Of a DNA stretch of 64,000 nt, positions 60,982 to 64,000 are shown in pieces (positions within the stretch are counted from its first letter, which is position 1; each line of letters starts with the position of its first letter). The position numbers were made by a program, and so were the translations under genes. Origin of the DNA: Chrysemys picta bellii (Eukaryota); the NCBI RefSeq assembly GCF_011386835.1, contig NC_088793.1, positions 169,322,001 to 169,386,000 of the forward strand. Reading direction: 5' to 3'. The notes under the pieces were generated by a model that saw only the letters and a list, made by a program, of their open reading frames with translations, made no database searches and was not told where the DNA came from.

Positions 60982-61258
60982 CAGTGGTCCCCAACCTTTT
61001 TCGTCTGGCAGGCGCCAGACGACGAGCCACGGAGGACCATGGCGGTGGACAAGCATCTGCCGAAATGCCGCCGACAAGTGGCGTCAATAGGCGTCGCCAC
61101 CGAAATACTGCAGGCAAGCAGCGTCATCGAGAGGTGTCGCTGCTGAAATGACACCGAAAATCGGCGGCTTCTCGGCGGCATTTCGGCGGATGCCTGTCTG
61201 ACGGCCAGTACGCGGGTGCACTTAGATGCCCCGGTGGGCGCCATGGCGGGGACCCCTG
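60982..61258. mobile_element. 277-bp hAT (Charlie/Tip100-like) MITE
   Basis: TIR CAGTGGTCCCC / GGGGACCCCTG (10/11). Perfect TSD GCCTAGAG (60974-60981, 61259-61266). Confidence 0.88.
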
Positions 61259-62769
61259 GCCTAGAGGATTCTGTCTTTTAATGAAAGCCTTAAGATCCAT
61301 TGAAGACCTCTGAGAATTTATTGGCCAAATCCCCTCGCACTTCTGGAGCAAGGGCCAGGGTAAACCCTGTGTCCCAGATGGAAGAATTAGAAGGGAAGCT
61401 CTCAAGTAAAAAGATGCAGTTTCTATTTTCCTCAGGATTATTCTCGCTTAGGAGAGAAAAGGATCCAAAATAATTTAGCAGTGGAAGTATACTACAGCAA
61501 TTACTACTTTGCATTTATTCAAAAGTATCAAAATGACTTAAAGGTAGGTAAGTGATATTGTTCTCTTTTAACAAGTGGTGAAACTGAGGTCAGTGTGATT
61601 GTGAGCCAAATTTTCGAAAGTGGCCTTTAATTTTGAATGGTTCCATTTCTGGCTGCACAACTTCAGGCACATTGGTCCTGATTTTCAGAAGAGTTGAACA
61701 CCTAAAACTCCAATTGTGAGCAGCTCGTGCTCAGCACCTCTGAAAAGATACTGTGTTAATAGAGGGAATCATAAGTAGCTAGATAACTTGGAAATGAGGG
61801 CTTAGGTGTTTGCAGTTGGACACCCAAAAATAGAGGCCACTAATAAAATTTGGACCTAAGTGATGTACCCATGATCTCTCACTGAATCAGTGGGAGAGTC
61901 AGAAATGAACACAGGATTTCTTTTGACTCCCATTATCTACTGATGTTGCCTCCCTTTTATTTAATGTCTTTCCTGCTACAATTCTACTCAACAGCAGGTG
62001 CTCCATCATGTGTCTGCTTTTTTGTTGCAACCCACTGGTGCTTAGCTTCTGAATTACACCTTTAATATTGCCTACTTGAGCTACATCCTGAACGGTGTAC
62101 ATCCTATGTCAAATGCTGATTGTGCCTTTGCTGTGGTGGGCCCTAAGATGTGGAACTTGTTCCGCCTTGGCCTCTATTCCAATCCGTTACCCTCACAGGT
62201 CAATTTTAAATATCTTACATCTTTTTTTCCGAATTTCTTTTGTATTACTTTTACATAACTGTTGTTGGCCTCTTATGTGCTTATATCCTTATGCTTTTCC
62301 TATTTTTCCCTAGGCGGTCAGTGTTTTAAGGAGGATGCTTTTATTCATTCTCTCACTGTAGTTTTATGTGTTTGTTTATTTTATTTGCCAATTAAAAGGA
62401 GTACTTGTCCATTGCTCTAGGTGTTTTTTGATGATCCTTAAATGTACAATTGTGAAAGAGATTCTTCCAGTAATCAGCCTTGAGCCGTTAATGGTGATAG
62501 TCACAACAACCAACAATAAAACTGCGGCAAAAAACATGCTTAAGCTATCTGGCCAAAGCCTTACTAGTCCTTTGCAGCTAGAGAAAATAACATGGCCCTT
62601 GCAGTATGCCCTGAACTTCAATACATTCTGACTATTTCAGACATTCAGGGGAGGGGAGGGGAGGGAGTTCCAAAACTAAGGGGGCCTCCTGGTTAACACC
62701 CTGTCAGCAGCCCCCTCTCTCTTACAGTAGTGGGGCTCTAGCTCAGGTGCCCCCACTGATACAATTTTG

Positions 62770-63130
62770 ACAGTATAGTACAGGGAGAGAGATGGTCTCT
62801 CCAGTAAGTGGCATCTAGGTTAAGTAGGGCTTTCCAGGTTAAAAATCAACATTTTAAATTCTACCTATTATTTAACAAGTAGCCAGTGTAGATCCAAAAC
62901 CATGAGCATAATGAGCTCATGGCAAGATATCTAAATTAGCTGCTGAGCCCTGCACCAGCATCAGTCTCTGGATAGATTTAAAATGTAGTCCCATCAAGAG
63001 CACGTTGGAGCAGTCTAATCTGGAGGTGGCAAAGGTGCGGAAGACAACTGCAAAATCTAAATCTGATAGAAACAGTTTCAATTTTTTAGCTGCGTATAAT
63101 GGGCAGGGTAGGGAGGGGACAAATCTGATT
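62770..63130 (-). mobile_element. Old L2-clade LINE ORF2 fragment
   Basis: Minus frame gives FATSRLDCSNVLLMGL..KSIQRLMLVQGSAA, resembling the L2/CR1-clade C-terminal SRLDYCN..L.LVQN.AAR motif. Confidence 0.55.
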
Positions 63131-64000
63131 TGGTTGTAGTTGCTGTCTGATCTTCTGATAGCTTGGAATCTAGCCAGACTCCTAGACTCTGCACCTGTTC
63201 CACAAATGATCAACATCAACAATTTGCCTAATTCAGGCAGGCAGAAATTATCTTTGCCATCTCTTCTGGTTGTTTCCTCTAACAACCAACATCAGTCTAG
63301 TCTAAGCAGATAGCTCTCATCCACTAAGATAACACTGCTCTACAGCCAAAATGCTTCTGAAATAAATGTAGTCAAACTTTACTAATTCTGGGTCACTGAG
63401 AACGAAAATGATGCTTAAAATTGTTGATTGGCTCTAATTTTCAAGATATGCTATTGGGTCAGTATATACGACCTTGACTTGGGAATGGCGGAGGATAAGT
63501 GAGTTATAAAGGGAAGGGATCTCAGTTTAAACCAGAAATGACTAAAATACATCTTTGACTGGATCTATGAATAAATCTATGACTGGGTTTGGACAGTACT
63601 TGCTTTTTAGTCAAAACAATGAATGATGCAATCTGAAGCTGGTATTGCATCATACATGATATGAATTGCATCATGTTATTCCTAGAAGTCATGGATGATG
63701 CAATCAAAACGAAGCTTACATCACTCTGCTGAACAAATTGCCCTAGATCAGCTCTAGAAATCATACAGTGTCGTACTCTCTTATTTGTCAGTGTTTGATT
63801 TTACAAAGGGACACATTTCTGTTTAGCCAAAGTGAGCAGAGATGCCTCGTACTTGTGTGAACAGTGCAGATAACTTCTGATATGTTTGTGATGAAGTGAC
63901 TTTTGCATCACAAAAGCACAGTATAACCACTATGGTTAAGAAAGCCTATCCCCTTTATTTTGGCTGCAAAATTGGAGATCAGGACAAGAGGTGGGCCCAC

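Noticed and set aside
63690-63700. ATGGATGATG as the BICRAL start codon (MDD...)
   Set aside because: It continues as MDDAIKTK, not the expected acidic run, and it lies in repeat-like sequence.
63340-63930. Probable DNA-transposon-like repeat at the window end
   Set aside because: No TIR, TSD or coding motif could be established within the window, so it was left unclassified.

Overview
Vertebrate genomic window, probably a turtle (inferred from the repeat families; not verified). It is syntenic with the PRPH2-TBCC-BICRAL block. Host genes: peripherin-2 (PRPH2; minus strand; coding exons 1 and 2 found at 14816-15396 and 10525-10771; exon 3 not found in the window), single-exon TBCC (minus, 51952-53028), and a CpG-island bidirectional promoter that probably starts BICRAL on the plus strand (synteny only; no coding exon seen). 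The rest is dominated by mobile DNA. Three ~5.5-kb PIF/Harbinger transposons, each with a DDE transposase and a convergent spliced Myb/SANT gene, lie within 27 kb between PRPH2 and TBCC. Copies 1 and 3 form a giant inverted repeat, copy 3 looks fully intact, and copy 2 has its left terminus flipped. Penelope-like elements contribute four hammerhead-ribozyme-like motifs, including an insertion with 266-bp inverted arms and an 11-bp TSD, and a 123-bp solo ribozyme insertion with a 13-bp TSD. Also present: a near-full-length CR1 LINE with nested insertions, a degenerate DIRS element, several hAT-type MITEs with 8-bp TSDs, and old SINE/L2 relics. All comparisons were made by eye; no database searches were run.
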